The notes below the pieces were generated by a model. It was not told the origin of the DNA. It searched no databases and saw nothing but the letters and a program-made list of their open reading frames with translations. 44,734 bases of DNA. Source: an uncultured archaeon. GTDB lineage: Archaea > Iainarchaeota > Iainarchaeia > Iainarchaeales > GCA-2688035. Where the stretch lies: NCBI GenBank assembly GCA_964569815.1, contig CAZMUN010000005.1, positions 1 through 44,734 on the forward strand, read 5' to 3'. Below, in pieces: positions 8,725-18,553 of this stretch (the first letter of the stretch is position 1; each line of letters starts with the position of its first letter). A program made the translations under genes and the position numbers.

Positions 8725-10025
8725 GGCGCAATCCTTTCAGGGTCTCTTGGCAAAAGAACCGCTTCCCTGATGTTTTCGAATTCAAACAATCGTTGAATCA
8801 TTCTGTCAAGGCCGAAGCCGACTCCACCATGCGGCGGCGCACCATATTTGAAGATTTCCGCGTAAAAGCCCATTTCGTCAAGGTTCACGCCCTTTTCAGA
8901 AGCATGCTGTTTTAGGACATCGTACCTGTGCTCACGTTGGGCGCCGGTAGCAATTTCAACCCCGTTCCAGATTAAGTCAAAGCTGTCTGTTGTTTTGCCG
9001 TCTTTGCTGTAGTAGTGGTAGAAAGGCCTTTTTTCCACAGGGTACAATGTTACGAAAACGAATTCTTCGCCAAACTTTTTCTTTACAAGCTCGCCAAGCA
9101 TTTTTTCTCCCTCTGAATCCAGGTCCTCTTTTTCAGGAATTTTTTTGCCGGCATCTGCAAGCATTTGCTTGGCTTCCTGCATTGAAATGCGGGGAATCCT
9201 TTTAGGAATCTTTATGTCAAGCTTCCATAAGGCAAGTTCTTCCCTGCATTCTTCCTTCACACGCTTCAAAGTATATTTCACCATTTCTTCGATGACGTCC
9301 ATCACATCTTTGAAGTCTTTTATGAAACCCATTTCAAAGTCAACGCCAGTAAATTCGGTTTGATGGCGAGGCGTGTTGCTGTTTTCGGCCCTAAAGACAG
9401 GCGCTATTTCGTAAACTCGCTCAAAGCCGGCGCAGACCATTGACTGCTTGTAGAGCTGCGGGCTTTGGGACAGGAAAGCTTCCTTGTCAAAGTAAACCAC
9501 TGGGAAAAGTTCAGAGCCGGATTCTGCTCCAGCCGAGGTAATTTTTGGGGTGTTCACATTTGTGAAGCCCTCTTTGTCAAAAAATTCTACAAGGGCCTTG
9601 AAGAACTTGCTTCTGACCTTGAAAACGGCAAGGCTTTTTTCGTTCCTCAGGTCAAGAAACCGGTGGTCAAGCCTTTTGCTCAAATCTGTTTCGATTTTGC
9701 CTGAAGTGTCAATCGGCGTAGGGGCTTCTGCAAGGCTTAAAACTTCAAGCTTTTCCGGCACAATCTCAAAGCCGCCGGGCGCCTGCTTTGCCTCTTTTAC
9801 AGCCCCTTCAGCCAAAACAACGCTTTCTTTGGTAAGCCTTTCTGATGCCTTAAGGGCTTCTTCCGGCACATGGCCTTTTGGCAGCGTTATTTGGATTATT
9901 CCAGATTTGTCTTTGAGAATAAGGAATTTCAGCTTGCCCAAATCGCGGATTTCATGAATCCAGCCGCTTACCGCAACTTTTTTTCCCTTGTTTTTTTTGG
10001 CCTCGGCTGCGTGAACTCTTTCCAT
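8721..10025 (-). CDS. aspS: Archaeal-type aspartyl-tRNA synthetase, probably non-discriminating (Asp/Asn)
   Basis: LSQSPQLYKQ, FRAE..NT.RH, GAQR, PPHGG.GFGLDR; His in GWIHE and Pro in APGG match known non-discriminating determinants; gatCAB nearby. Confidence 0.96.
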   Translation of the reverse strand: MERVHAAEAKKNKGKKVAVSGWIHEIRDLGKLKFLILKDKSGIIQITLPKGHVPEEALKASERLTKESVVLAEGAVKEAKQAPGGFEIVPEKLEVLSLAEAPTPIDTSGKIETDLSKRLDHRFLDLRNEKSLAVFKVRSKFFKALVEFFDKEGFTNVNTPKITSAGAESGSELFPVVYFDKEAFLSQSPQLYKQSMVCAGFERVYEIAPVFRAENSNTPRHQTEFTGVDFEMGFIKDFKDVMDVIEEMVKYTLKRVKEECREELALWKLDIKIPKRIPRISMQEAKQMLADAGKKIPEKEDLDSEGEKMLGELVKKKFGEEFVFVTLYPVEKRPFYHYYSKDGKTTDSFDLIWNGVEIATGAQREHRYDVLKQHASEKGVNLDEMGFYAEIFKYGAPPHGGVGFGLDRMIQRLFEFENIREAVLLPRDPERIAP

Positions 10026-10333
10026 AAAAAACCGCCTTTTTAACGAAACCCTGCCTAAAAACGGTTAAAAAGCTAAGTGTTGGGCAATAAATAAGCAGCA
10101 AGAAAAGCAAAAAAGTTTTATGGCAAAAAGGGTTAGGGTTAAGGCAGGGGTTAATTCAGGCCTGAACTGGTTTTTTCAGGCCTTTTGAGCCAGGTGTCTT
10201 GAAAAGGCCTGCAAGGCAGAGAAGGGAAAAGGCCAGAAAAGCAGCAATGGCAAAAACCAAGCCAAGCAGCAGAAACCCTAAAAGGGTTTCCCGCGTAAAG
10301 AAGAGAAGAAAGCACAGGGAAGAAAAACTGGAG

Positions 10334-11041
10334 CTAAGGCAGCTGGAAGAACGAGGCCCGGCATTTCTTTTTCAGAAAGCATTCACTGCATTTGGGCCTT
10401 TTTTTGCAGAACTTTTGCCCATGCTCCACAAGAAGCGCATGGAATTCGTTGAACAATGGAACAGATTTAGGAAGCTCCAACTCAAAAAAAGACTTGGCTT
10501 CTACATAACCTGTTTTTGGTGTTGCAAAAAAACGCCCCAAAAAACGCGTTGTGTAAGCATCCACCACAAAAGAGGGCTTTTCTGCAGCGTAAAGGATTAT
10601 GTCGTCTGCTGTTTCCAGGCCTATTCCGTAAAGCGAAAGAAGCTCTGCTCTAAGAGGCCCAATTGGCTTTGAGAACATTTTTGCCGGACTGCAGCCGTAC
10701 TCTTTTTTCAGATAATTTGAAAAGGCCTTGATTTTTTTGGCTTTCACGTTGTAGTAGCCGCTTGGCTTTACCATCCTTGCAAGGGTTTCCTGGTTCGCGT
10801 TTGCAATCTTTTCGCAGGAAAGCTTTTTTGCCTTTGAAAGGTTTTCCAAGGCCTTCATCACGTTTTTCCAGCCAGTGTTTTGCGTTAAGATTGCGCCAAT
10901 GCAGATTTCAAAGCGCTGTTTTTCGGAAAGGGTTGAGCGTTTTTTGTAGCTGGGCCTTGTTTCACCTGCTTCTGTTACAGGCCACCAAAGCTGTTCGCCA
11001 TAGAAAGAAAGCATTTTTTTGTAAAGGGAAAAAAGCTTCAT
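10334..11041 (-). CDS. Endonuclease III-related HhH-GPD DNA glycosylase with Fe-S cluster
   Basis: GAILTQNT.W, LLSLYGIGLETAD, FVVDAYT.R, and CKKRPKCSECFLKKKC. Confidence 0.9.
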   Translation of the reverse strand: MKLFSLYKKMLSFYGEQLWWPVTEAGETRPSYKKRSTLSEKQRFEICIGAILTQNTGWKNVMKALENLSKAKKLSCEKIANANQETLARMVKPSGYYNVKAKKIKAFSNYLKKEYGCSPAKMFSKPIGPLRAELLSLYGIGLETADDIILYAAEKPSFVVDAYTTRFLGRFFATPKTGYVEAKSFFELELPKSVPLFNEFHALLVEHGQKFCKKRPKCSECFLKKKCRASFFQLP

Positions 11042-11067
11042 TTAGAATTTTGGCTAAAAAAAGGCTT

Positions 11068-12048
11068 TTAAGAGAATTCCGCCAGCCTTTTCTGGCCCTT
11101 TTCCCCCAAAGGCCTTGCCGCTATTCCCAGGCGCCTTTGCACGTAGTTTGCGAACTCTTTTTCAAAGCCATGCATTGTTATCACCAGCTTTGGTTCGGAT
11201 TGCTTGACGTATTCTATGAGCTGGGAAAAGTCTGCGTGGTCGCTTAATGGAAAAGTTGCATCAAAGCCGTTTCTGTAGTCCCAGCCTGTGGCCATGCCTG
11301 TAAAAACAGGCTTGTGCAAAGAGTACTCCAAAACCTGTTTCAGGTTGTGGTTTACCAAAGAGGGAGGCATTATTAGGACAGGGCTTTCATCAAGGTTGTG
11401 GTCCAGCTTAAGGTATTGGCCCAGCTTTACCCCGTGCTTTTCGTATACCTCGTTGTTGTCGTAGATTGATTCATGGACTATTGGAGCCAGGCCCGCATAT
11501 TGGTTGATAACACTGGTCAGCTCTTGCGCTTTTCCCAGAGAGTAGCCTGCCAAAACCACAAACCCTTTTTTCGATTTTTCTTTTACAAAGGAGCCAATCT
11601 GCTCGTAAACCTCTTCCCTTTTTGGGAACTTGTAGGACGGCAGCCCAAAGGTGCACTCTGCTACAAGAATGTCGCCCTTCAAAGGCTCGGCGCCTTTCTG
11701 TATCAAGGAATCCTGCATCTTAAAATCAGAGGTAACGGCAACTGTTTTAGGGGCCTCTACAAGAACCTGGGCCGAGCCAAGAATGTGGCCTGCGTTGTGA
11801 AGGCTTACACTCGAACCGTTTAATGCAAGCCTTTTTCCGAACTTTAGGGCAGAAAACTTTGCAGTGTTTTTGCCGCGGGCCGTTGCAATGTCCTTGGTTT
11901 CGGGCGTTGAAACATATTTTGTGTCCTTGTTTGGGCAAACATGGTCCAGATGGCCGTGTGTTACAAAGGCCTGGCCAGGCCTGCAGCTCTGCTTAGGGTC
12001 TATTGAAACAGGGCCAACAAAAAGGCCCTTTTTGCTGTAGATTTGCAT
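11068..12048 (-). CDS. Metallo-beta-lactamase/beta-CASP nuclease (SNM1-like, short type)
   Basis: THGHLDH, AGHILGSAQ, ECTFG, YSLGKAQEL, LSDHADF, MHG; start placed at MQIY (12048). Confidence 0.88.
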   Translation of the reverse strand: MQIYSKKGLFVGPVSIDPKQSCRPGQAFVTHGHLDHVCPNKDTKYVSTPETKDIATARGKNTAKFSALKFGKRLALNGSSVSLHNAGHILGSAQVLVEAPKTVAVTSDFKMQDSLIQKGAEPLKGDILVAECTFGLPSYKFPKREEVYEQIGSFVKEKSKKGFVVLAGYSLGKAQELTSVINQYAGLAPIVHESIYDNNEVYEKHGVKLGQYLKLDHNLDESPVLIMPPSLVNHNLKQVLEYSLHKPVFTGMATGWDYRNGFDATFPLSDHADFSQLIEYVKQSEPKLVITMHGFEKEFANYVQRRLGIAARPLGEKGQKRLAEFS

Positions 12049-12143
12049 TCCGATAATAATAGGCCATCTGGAAATAAAAAGCTTGGGGGAAGAGTTAAAG
12101 GAAATTATTAAAACCAAGTTTGGTGTTATTATATCCTGGTTTT

Positions 12144-13295
12144 ATGGCCAGAGATGAAAAGCTTGTCTTTGAAATAGGGGAAAAAATAGACGAGTTGCAG
12201 AAAAGCATAAGCCAGCACCCCTGGCGGAACGCAAGCCGCATAGTGTTTGCAAACGCCTTGGAAAAAAGCGTTTCAGGCCTGGAAGAGCTTCAAAAACTTT
12301 TTGCAGAAGCCGTTTCCGAAATAAACCGGGACCCAAAAGAAGGCAAACCAGACTTAAAGCCTTTTCTGAAAGAGCTTGAAAAGCTTTTGGAAGTGCTTGA
12401 AAAAAACCAGCGGTTTGAAAGGCAAAAAAAAGCAAAAGCAGGCGTTGTAAACGAATTAGAAAAACAGGAAACCCCCGAGCTTTACGCCGACTTAGAGCAA
12501 AGGATTTTGGGGCTTCTCTTGAAAGCACGCTATTCCCTGGAAAGAATGACCATATTTTTGAGAAAACAAGGATTAAAGCCGTTGACGCAAAAAAGCAGTG
12601 CACGGCAGGTAATGCATGTATTGGAAAGAAAAGAAGACGAACTCCAAGACCTCCGGGAAAAATACGAAGGCATAAGGAAAAAAAGCTATTTGGGCTATTT
12701 GGAAGAGGAAAGCATTGCAGACCTTGAACAAGAGCTTGGAAAGCTAAGCAGAAGCATGACTCTTGGCGCAGACGAACTTGAAAAAAGCGTCTCCTTCCAC
12801 CGAAGCCAAATCGAGTACATTGAAAACAGCTACGCCGAATTAAAACAAAAGGTTTCCACACTGGAAGAAAACTTTCTCAACTACAGCGAAAAATCAGAAG
12901 AGCTTATCAAAAACCTGAAAAAAGAACGCGACTACGCCAAAAAAATCGTTCTAGATGTGGAACACGAAACCCTGCAGCTGAGAAACACTTATACCAGGGA
13001 ACTGTTAAGCCTTGAAGAAACAAAGCTTGCTGCAAAAAAGGAAGCAGAAAAAAAGTTTGAAGCAGAAAACAAAAGGCTTAGGCGCGAGGTTTTAGAACAG
13101 GCCGATCTTTTGAAGCATTTTAGAAAAATAGCAGAAGACCGCTTAAAAAAAGAACACGAGCTAGAAGAAAGAATAAAAAAGCTCACACTAATTGCAAAAA
13201 CACAAGAAAAGCACGAAAACGTAAAAAAGGCCCTGAAAGGAAAAACCGGGAAAAAAAAGAAGCGGAAAAAAAAGTCAGGAAAAAAGGCCTCCTGA
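12144..13295 (+). CDS. Long coiled-coil hypothetical protein with Lys-rich tail
   Basis: E/K/L heptad-rich throughout; host-like codon usage. Confidence 0.75.
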   Translation: MARDEKLVFEIGEKIDELQKSISQHPWRNASRIVFANALEKSVSGLEELQKLFAEAVSEINRDPKEGKPDLKPFLKELEKLLEVLEKNQRFERQKKAKAGVVNELEKQETPELYADLEQRILGLLLKARYSLERMTIFLRKQGLKPLTQKSSARQVMHVLERKEDELQDLREKYEGIRKKSYLGYLEEESIADLEQELGKLSRSMTLGADELEKSVSFHRSQIEYIENSYAELKQKVSTLEENFLNYSEKSEELIKNLKKERDYAKKIVLDVEHETLQLRNTYTRELLSLEETKLAAKKEAEKKFEAENKRLRREVLEQADLLKHFRKIAEDRLKKEHELEERIKKLTLIAKTQEKHENVKKALKGKTGKKKKRKKKSGKKAS

Positions 13296-13703
13296 GGAGC
13301 GGTCCTTTGGCTTAAAGGAACCTGGCTTAAAAAGCCGTTCAAGAATGAACTGGCCCCATTTTTGAACAAGCTTTTCCTTTTCCTGAACAAGCCTTTCCTG
13401 ATCCAAAGACGGCAAATCGTCCTCTTCCACGACCTTGACAATAATCGTGTCGTCACGCATGTCCAAGTCCACCAGATTGCTTAAAAGAGACTGAATCTTG
13501 AAATTCATCTCAGCATACAAAACAAAAACAAAAACAAGGTCTGCTTCACCCAAAACCGCGCTGACCGCAGCAGGCACATCCTCAGGAAAAGGCACAAAAA
13601 CAAGGTGGACATCCAAGCCAGCCACCTTTTTCTTCAAAAAACCCTCAAGCCCTGTAAAAAAATTTATAGGGGTTTTGCTGTCACTTACAAGAAAAATATT
13701 CAT
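13275..13703 (-). CDS. Divergent archaeal riboflavin synthase-like protein (lumazine-synthase fold)
   Basis: VP...D.P.A, D.V, II...V.EDD and LFKP patterns match the archaeal RibC layout from memory; the N-terminal DTTFAR motif is absent. Confidence 0.55.
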   Translation of the reverse strand: MNIFLVSDSKTPINFFTGLEGFLKKKVAGLDVHLVFVPFPEDVPAAVSAVLGEADLVFVFVLYAEMNFKIQSLLSNLVDLDMRDDTIIVKVVEEDDLPSLDQERLVQEKEKLVQKWGQFILERLFKPGSFKPKDRSSGGLFS

Positions 13704-13772
13704 TCCACACCACCTAAAAATTAAGTGCAAAATTATTTAAATAAGGTTCAAGTTAGTTATAGTGATTATATA

Positions 13773-15323
13773 ATGGCAGACTACGACAGGTTTGATGATG
13801 CAAGCTACAGCACCGACCAAGTGGAATTTGAAGACGAAAGCGCTTTGGGCCAGGTGACAGGCCAAGTAGGCAAAATCACGCCAATACTAAAGAAAAACGC
13901 AAAACTGATAATTGCACTAATAGCTGTAGCAGCCATTGCATGGCTTGCATACGATTACTTCATAGGAAGCATTATAGAGGCCACAATAGCAATAGAGGAC
14001 ACTGAAGGAACCAGCCTTGAAGACAACAGCATAAAGGTCTTTGAAAAAGGAAACCAGGAAGAAATATTCAAAGACAGCGATTCCCCAAGCTACAGCCTTT
14101 CCCTAAGGCCAGGGGAATACCGCTACCAGGTTATTGCAGAAAACTACAAGCCCAAAAACGGAAGCTTTACCGTTGCAAGAGAAAACCCAGATGCAAAAAT
14201 AGTGCTATCCAAAGACATAGATGTAAGCATAACCGAATTCGAACAAAACTTTCCAAGCAAGCTGTTTGTAGGCTCAACAAAGCAGTTCCAGATAGTGCTT
14301 CAGAACCACGCAGACTCAAGCGTTTCAGTTGACTTGGTTGCAGGAGAGACCCTGAAAGGAATGCTAAGCGGCGGAACCGGCCTTGCAATTCCAGGCAATT
14401 CAACAAAAACCTTTGATTTGGAAATATTTGTGCCAAAGGGAACAGAAGTTTCGGATGATGAAACCGGCGACCAAAAAAAGGCAGAAATAAGAGTAAAGTA
14501 CACCAACGAAAAGTCGGAAGCCGGTTTTGTGCTTTTCCCAAACCCAAAAAACGAGATAAAGCTCGATGACGCAAGATTTTCAGCAGAAGCCACTGAAGGA
14601 AAAAACACAGACGACCAGGACATAGAAATAGACAACGGCAACGATTTCCCAATAGGGGATTTAGAGCTAAGCGTTGAAATAACAGGAGCCTCTAAAAACG
14701 ACATTGAAGACGTGCTAAGCTGGTTCAGGTTTACAGAAAACCTGAAAACAGACCCAGAACCATACAAGATACCCATAACCAGCATTCCTGGAAAAGAAGA
14801 CGCGGAAAAAGTGCTCCAGGTCGAAATTCCTTTAACAGCACAAAAAGAGCCAGCCATAACAGGAAACATTGTCTTGACTGCACCCTGGCTTGACGAGCCA
14901 ATAAAAAGGCCTCTCACCCTAAACATAAAGAAAGGAGCAGACTTTGGAATAGAGCTTGATGTCAGCGAACGCAATCCAATAGAAATAGACTGGGATTCGG
15001 CATTAGGAAAATACAAGGACGTGCCAGTCATGCTGGCTGTTGACAACACAGGAAAGCTGGACATACAAAACATAGTGGTTTCAGTTGCAAACGAAGCAAC
15101 ATGCAACCGAGACTGGCTTGAGATTCTTGAAAACAACGTTGAAAGGCTTGCGGCAGGAGAAGACAAAGACCTCGCCATGATGGCAAGCGCCCCGCCAGCA
15201 GCAATGTCAAACCAGCCAAGGTACTGCAGCATTCGATACACTTACAGCAACCCAACAGGCTCGGGCGGCAGAATGGAAGCAGTTAAAACAAACCTGATTG
15301 AAATCGTCCCACAAGAGCCCTAA
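13773..15323 (+). CDS. Membrane-anchored surface protein with Ig-like/beta-sandwich domains
   Basis: Acidic N-terminus, one TM helix, long beta-rich extracellular region. Confidence 0.75.
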   Translation: MADYDRFDDASYSTDQVEFEDESALGQVTGQVGKITPILKKNAKLIIALIAVAAIAWLAYDYFIGSIIEATIAIEDTEGTSLEDNSIKVFEKGNQEEIFKDSDSPSYSLSLRPGEYRYQVIAENYKPKNGSFTVARENPDAKIVLSKDIDVSITEFEQNFPSKLFVGSTKQFQIVLQNHADSSVSVDLVAGETLKGMLSGGTGLAIPGNSTKTFDLEIFVPKGTEVSDDETGDQKKAEIRVKYTNEKSEAGFVLFPNPKNEIKLDDARFSAEATEGKNTDDQDIEIDNGNDFPIGDLELSVEITGASKNDIEDVLSWFRFTENLKTDPEPYKIPITSIPGKEDAEKVLQVEIPLTAQKEPAITGNIVLTAPWLDEPIKRPLTLNIKKGADFGIELDVSERNPIEIDWDSALGKYKDVPVMLAVDNTGKLDIQNIVVSVANEATCNRDWLEILENNVERLAAGEDKDLAMMASAPPAAMSNQPRYCSIRYTYSNPTGSGGRMEAVKTNLIEIVPQEP

Positions 15324-15326
15324 AAA

Positions 15327-15731
15327 TCAAAGGTTTTTTGACACAAGAGCCTTAAGGCTTTGTGGCGCAGAATAGTCTTTTTTCAAAAACTCTTCTTTTG
15401 AGAGCCAGTTGCTGCTCGCAATGTTTTCATTGCTTTTATGCGGCAAAATGACCTTGGCATCCGCTTTTGCAACACACTTAAAAACAGTGCAAACGGTCAA
15501 AATGCCGTCAGTTTTTCTAATAAAATGAAAAACCCCCAAAGGCTCCTTTACGTCCACATCCAAATCCGTTTCCTCTTTCACCTCGCGCAAAAGGGTCTGC
15601 ATTGGCTCTTCGCCATCTTCAACCTTTCCGCCAGGCAAATCCCACAGCCTGCTTCGGCCTATTTCAAGCTCCAAAGCAAGAAACTTGCCTTCCCTTATAA
15701 TGAGTGCCTTCATGGCAGCTATTGCAGTCAT
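15327..15731 (-). CDS. NUDIX hydrolase
   Basis: Nudix box GGKVEDGEEPMQTLLREVKEETDL. Confidence 0.93.
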   Translation of the reverse strand: MTAIAAMKALIIREGKFLALELEIGRSRLWDLPGGKVEDGEEPMQTLLREVKEETDLDVDVKEPLGVFHFIRKTDGILTVCTVFKCVAKADAKVILPHKSNENIASSNWLSKEEFLKKDYSAPQSLKALVSKNL

Positions 15732-15872
15732 AAGAAAAAGATTGAGGTGAGGAATATTTAAAAAAGGAACCCAGCCAAGAAAAGGCTTATATTTTACCAA
15801 CATAAAACAATTCGCTGTTTTTTTTGCAAAGCCTGGATTATTTAAATACTAGGACGACATTATAGTATTGAA

Positions 15873-17510
15873 ATGAAAAAAGCCCTTGCCTTGGCATTAA
15901 TTGCATCTGCATTGCTCTTAAGCGGATGCGTTCAACAGCCCGATTTGGGCAAAATAGTTCAAAACAGCGAGAAAGCAAAAGAGTTCCTGCAGGCAAACCC
16001 TGACGCAAAAGTCGAATTCCTTTACCTTAACAAAGACGTTGTTATGCTCACCATCGACGACATAAGGGAAAAATGCGAAAAAGAGATGCAGGTAATGCCC
16101 TACTGGTATCTTTCAATGAAAGGAAAGGGAAAAAGGCTCGAACTATACCTGGATGAAACAAGCCAAAACATTCTATGCACGGTGGAACCAGAATCCAAAC
16201 CAGAGCCAAAACCGGAACCAGAACCAGACGACGACACAGAACCAGAACCAAGAGCAGACGACGACACAGAACCAGGAGCAGACGACGAGTGCACAACAAG
16301 CCTTGACTGCGATGACGAAATTCCTTGCACAAAAGACAGCTGTTCCGGCAACCCAAAAGTCTGCTCAAACACGCCAATAACAGAATGCAAAAACAGTGAC
16401 GGGTGCTGCCTGCCTGACTGCAATTTTTCTGTTGACAACGACTGCGACGAATGCCAAAGCCCTATAGATTGCTCTGACGGCGACCCGGCGACAGTGGACC
16501 GGTGCTCGGGAACGCCAAAAAGATGCAGCAATCCGGACAAAACATGCGTTGAACGGCAGTGGCGAATTTGTGAAGAACCCAAAACATGCCCGCAGGACTT
16601 TGTTCCGGCTTCTGACACAGAAAGATGCTGTCCGGTGGAATGCGATTGCCAAGGAGAGGAATGCGGAGAAAACGAGGAATGCGGTGAAGAAGGATGCGAG
16701 CTCTTGGAATGCTCTGAATTCGGGGAAGAATGCGGCCCTGGCTTTGCATGCGGCGGCGAAGCCTATGAAGCAGAAGACTCCCCTATTTGCTGTGTCGGCG
16801 AATGCATAGTCATTGAAGCGGCAGGAGACCTATATGTTTCAGGCGAGCCCGTTGTTTCAGGAAACTGGGCAGACGAAACAGACGAAGCAAACTGCTTTAT
16901 GGCCCAGGAAATTTTCCTAGACCTTTACAGCACTTTTTCAGAGGAAATAAGCGCAATAACCTTTGATGCGTTCATTGACGGCGAAGAAGTTGTTTCAAAA
17001 AAAGCCATTAGAACAGACCAAGAAAATGGCATGGCAACAGAAATAGTTCCCGGAAAGAACCGGGCCCATTTCCGCGTTGAAGAGGCTTTGGCAGGCCACA
17101 CCCTCAAAATAGTTATCGACAGCTATGAAAGCATTGCAGAGGAAAACGAGGCAAACAACGAATTAGAAAAGGCGTTTCCGGAACCAAAAATGGATTTGGC
17201 TTTTGACAGGGTTGAATTCAGCGAAGTGTTCAACCGCACTTTGGTGTATGTTTCGAGAAGCCCTGTTACAGAGGACTGCCCGCCTTTCTTAGACCACGGC
17301 CTTGCAGAAATATACATCGACGGGGAAGAACAAACAGGCTGGTCTTTCTTTGGCTTCAACCAAGCGGATGGAGCAGAAGCAGAAATATTTTTTGAGTTTG
17401 ATGAACCAGGATACCATAATGTAAGGGTTGTGTTGGACCCGGATGAATTCATCGAGGAAAGCAATGAAGACAACAACGACAAAACAAAAACGGTTTTCAT
17501 TCCAAGCTGA
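15873..17510 (+). CDS. Lipoprotein with Pro/Glu linker, Cys-rich repeats and CARDB-like domains
   Basis: Lipobox LLSGC; CDDEIPCTKDSC and CSDGDPATVDRC repeats; two ESNE.NN-type CARDB ends. Confidence 0.8.
   Translation: MKKALALALIASALLLSGCVQQPDLGKIVQNSEKAKEFLQANPDAKVEFLYLNKDVVMLTIDDIREKCEKEMQVMPYWYLSMKGKGKRLELYLDETSQNILCTVEPESKPEPKPEPEPDDDTEPEPRADDDTEPGADDECTTSLDCDDEIPCTKDSCSGNPKVCSNTPITECKNSDGCCLPDCNFSVDNDCDECQSPIDCSDGDPATVDRCSGTPKRCSNPDKTCVERQWRICEEPKTCPQDFVPASDTERCCPVECDCQGEECGENEECGEEGCELLECSEFGEECGPGFACGGEAYEAEDSPICCVGECIVIEAAGDLYVSGEPVVSGNWADETDEANCFMAQEIFLDLYSTFSEEISAITFDAFIDGEEVVSKKAIRTDQENGMATEIVPGKNRAHFRVEEALAGHTLKIVIDSYESIAEENEANNELEKAFPEPKMDLAFDRVEFSEVFNRTLVYVSRSPVTEDCPPFLDHGLAEIYIDGEEQTGWSFFGFNQADGAEAEIFFEFDEPGYHNVRVVLDPDEFIEESNEDNNDKTKTVFIPS
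16185..16289 (+). repeat. In-frame low-complexity tandem repeats (EP/KP and DDDTEP units)
   Basis: GAACCA hexamers plus CAGACGACGACACAGAACCAG twice and a partial third copy. Confidence 0.8.
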
Positions 17511-17546
17511 AGCCTAAAAACAGGAAAAGAAATGGGAAGCAGGCCC

Positions 17547-17593
17547 TCCCAAAAAAAAACCTTTCAAAAAAAAATATTTTTTTTTTGGGAAAG
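17547..17593. terminator. A/T-tract palindrome, probable terminator
   Basis: TCCC-A9...CTTTC-A9-TA-T10-GGGAAAG downstream of the lipoprotein gene. Confidence 0.5.
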
Positions 17594-17790
17594 TCAGAAA
17601 AGTTACTTCTTTTTGGCTTTCCTTTTCGCCACCTTGGTTTTGATGAAACTTTTTCCAAAAGTTTCTTGTTTAGAGCCCCGGGAGGCATTAGAGCAAAAAG
17701 TTCAAGTCCGATTTTTCTCTCGAGGGAACATTTTTGGATTGCTTTATCTGAAATGTAACAATTTAATACATTTCTTACATTTGGTAGGTT

Positions 17791-18420
17791 ATGATGAAAG
17801 CGCTTGAGGAGCAAATTAAACTGTTTTTTCCTGAAAACGGCGGGCATGATATTGGACATACTTTAAGAGTGAGAAAACTGGCTTTGCACATTGCAAAAGC
17901 AGAGGGAGCAGACTTGGAGATTGTTGAAGCTGCTGCCTTACTGCACGATATTGCCCGAGCCAGGGAAGAGAAGGGCGAAGTTGAATGCCATGCCACCCAA
18001 GCAGCTTCAGAAGTTGAAGCAATCCTGAAAAAGGCGAAATTCCCGGAACAAAAAATTGAACAAGTGAGGCATTGCGTTGCCGTTCACAGGGCAAGCAAAG
18101 GCATGAAGGCAAATACTGTTGAGGCAAAAATAATCCAAGATGCTGACAGGCTTGACGTTATAGGAGCCCTTGGAACAGCAAGAGCGTTCTACAAAGCAGG
18201 CGAAGCAAACTACCCAATGTATCTTCCAGAGTCAAACCCAAACACAGGGTATAAAGGCCAATATGATGCAGCCTTAAACCACATAATAAGAAAAGGAGTA
18301 AATCTCTTGAAACCTGAAAGCTTCAACACAAAAACAGGGAAAATGCTGGCTGAGCAGCGTTACAATTTCACTAAAACCTTTGTAGACCGCTTTCTTGCGG
18401 AGTGGGCGCTGGAAAAATAG
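17791..18420 (+). CDS. HD-domain phosphohydrolase
   Basis: H...H..RV, LLHDI, VHR and QDADRLD motifs. Confidence 0.92.
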   Translation: MMKALEEQIKLFFPENGGHDIGHTLRVRKLALHIAKAEGADLEIVEAAALLHDIARAREEKGEVECHATQAASEVEAILKKAKFPEQKIEQVRHCVAVHRASKGMKANTVEAKIIQDADRLDVIGALGTARAFYKAGEANYPMYLPESNPNTGYKGQYDAALNHIIRKGVNLLKPESFNTKTGKMLAEQRYNFTKTFVDRFLAEWALEK

Positions 18421-18514
18421 GCCTATAAGTGACAAACCTTTACATGCAGGACAATAACAGGATTACGTTATAATGTAACCCTTTATAAATAGCCAAAACC
18501 TTTAAATACTCTTT

Positions 18515-18553
18515 GTGTAACAATAGTAATGTGGCAGATTACTTTGGTTACAC
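18515..18553. promoter_or_regulatory. 16-bp inverted repeat, likely AbiEi autoregulatory operator
   Basis: GTGTAACAATAGTAAT-N7-ATTACTTTGGTTACAC (14 of 16 complementary) spans the start codon; TTTAAATA at 18501-18508. Confidence 0.7.

Noticed and set aside
10129-10152. Telomere-like AGGGTTAGGGTT / G-quadruplex
   Set aside because: Only two units and one G-run is just GG; compatible with chance.
16185-16289. Possible CRISPR array
   Set aside because: Repeats are in-frame coding linker units with no unique spacers, and no cas genes are in the window.
17497-17859. Short ORFs across the lipoprotein-HD intergenic region
   Set aside because: They run through homopolymer tracts and palindromes and show no recognisable motifs.
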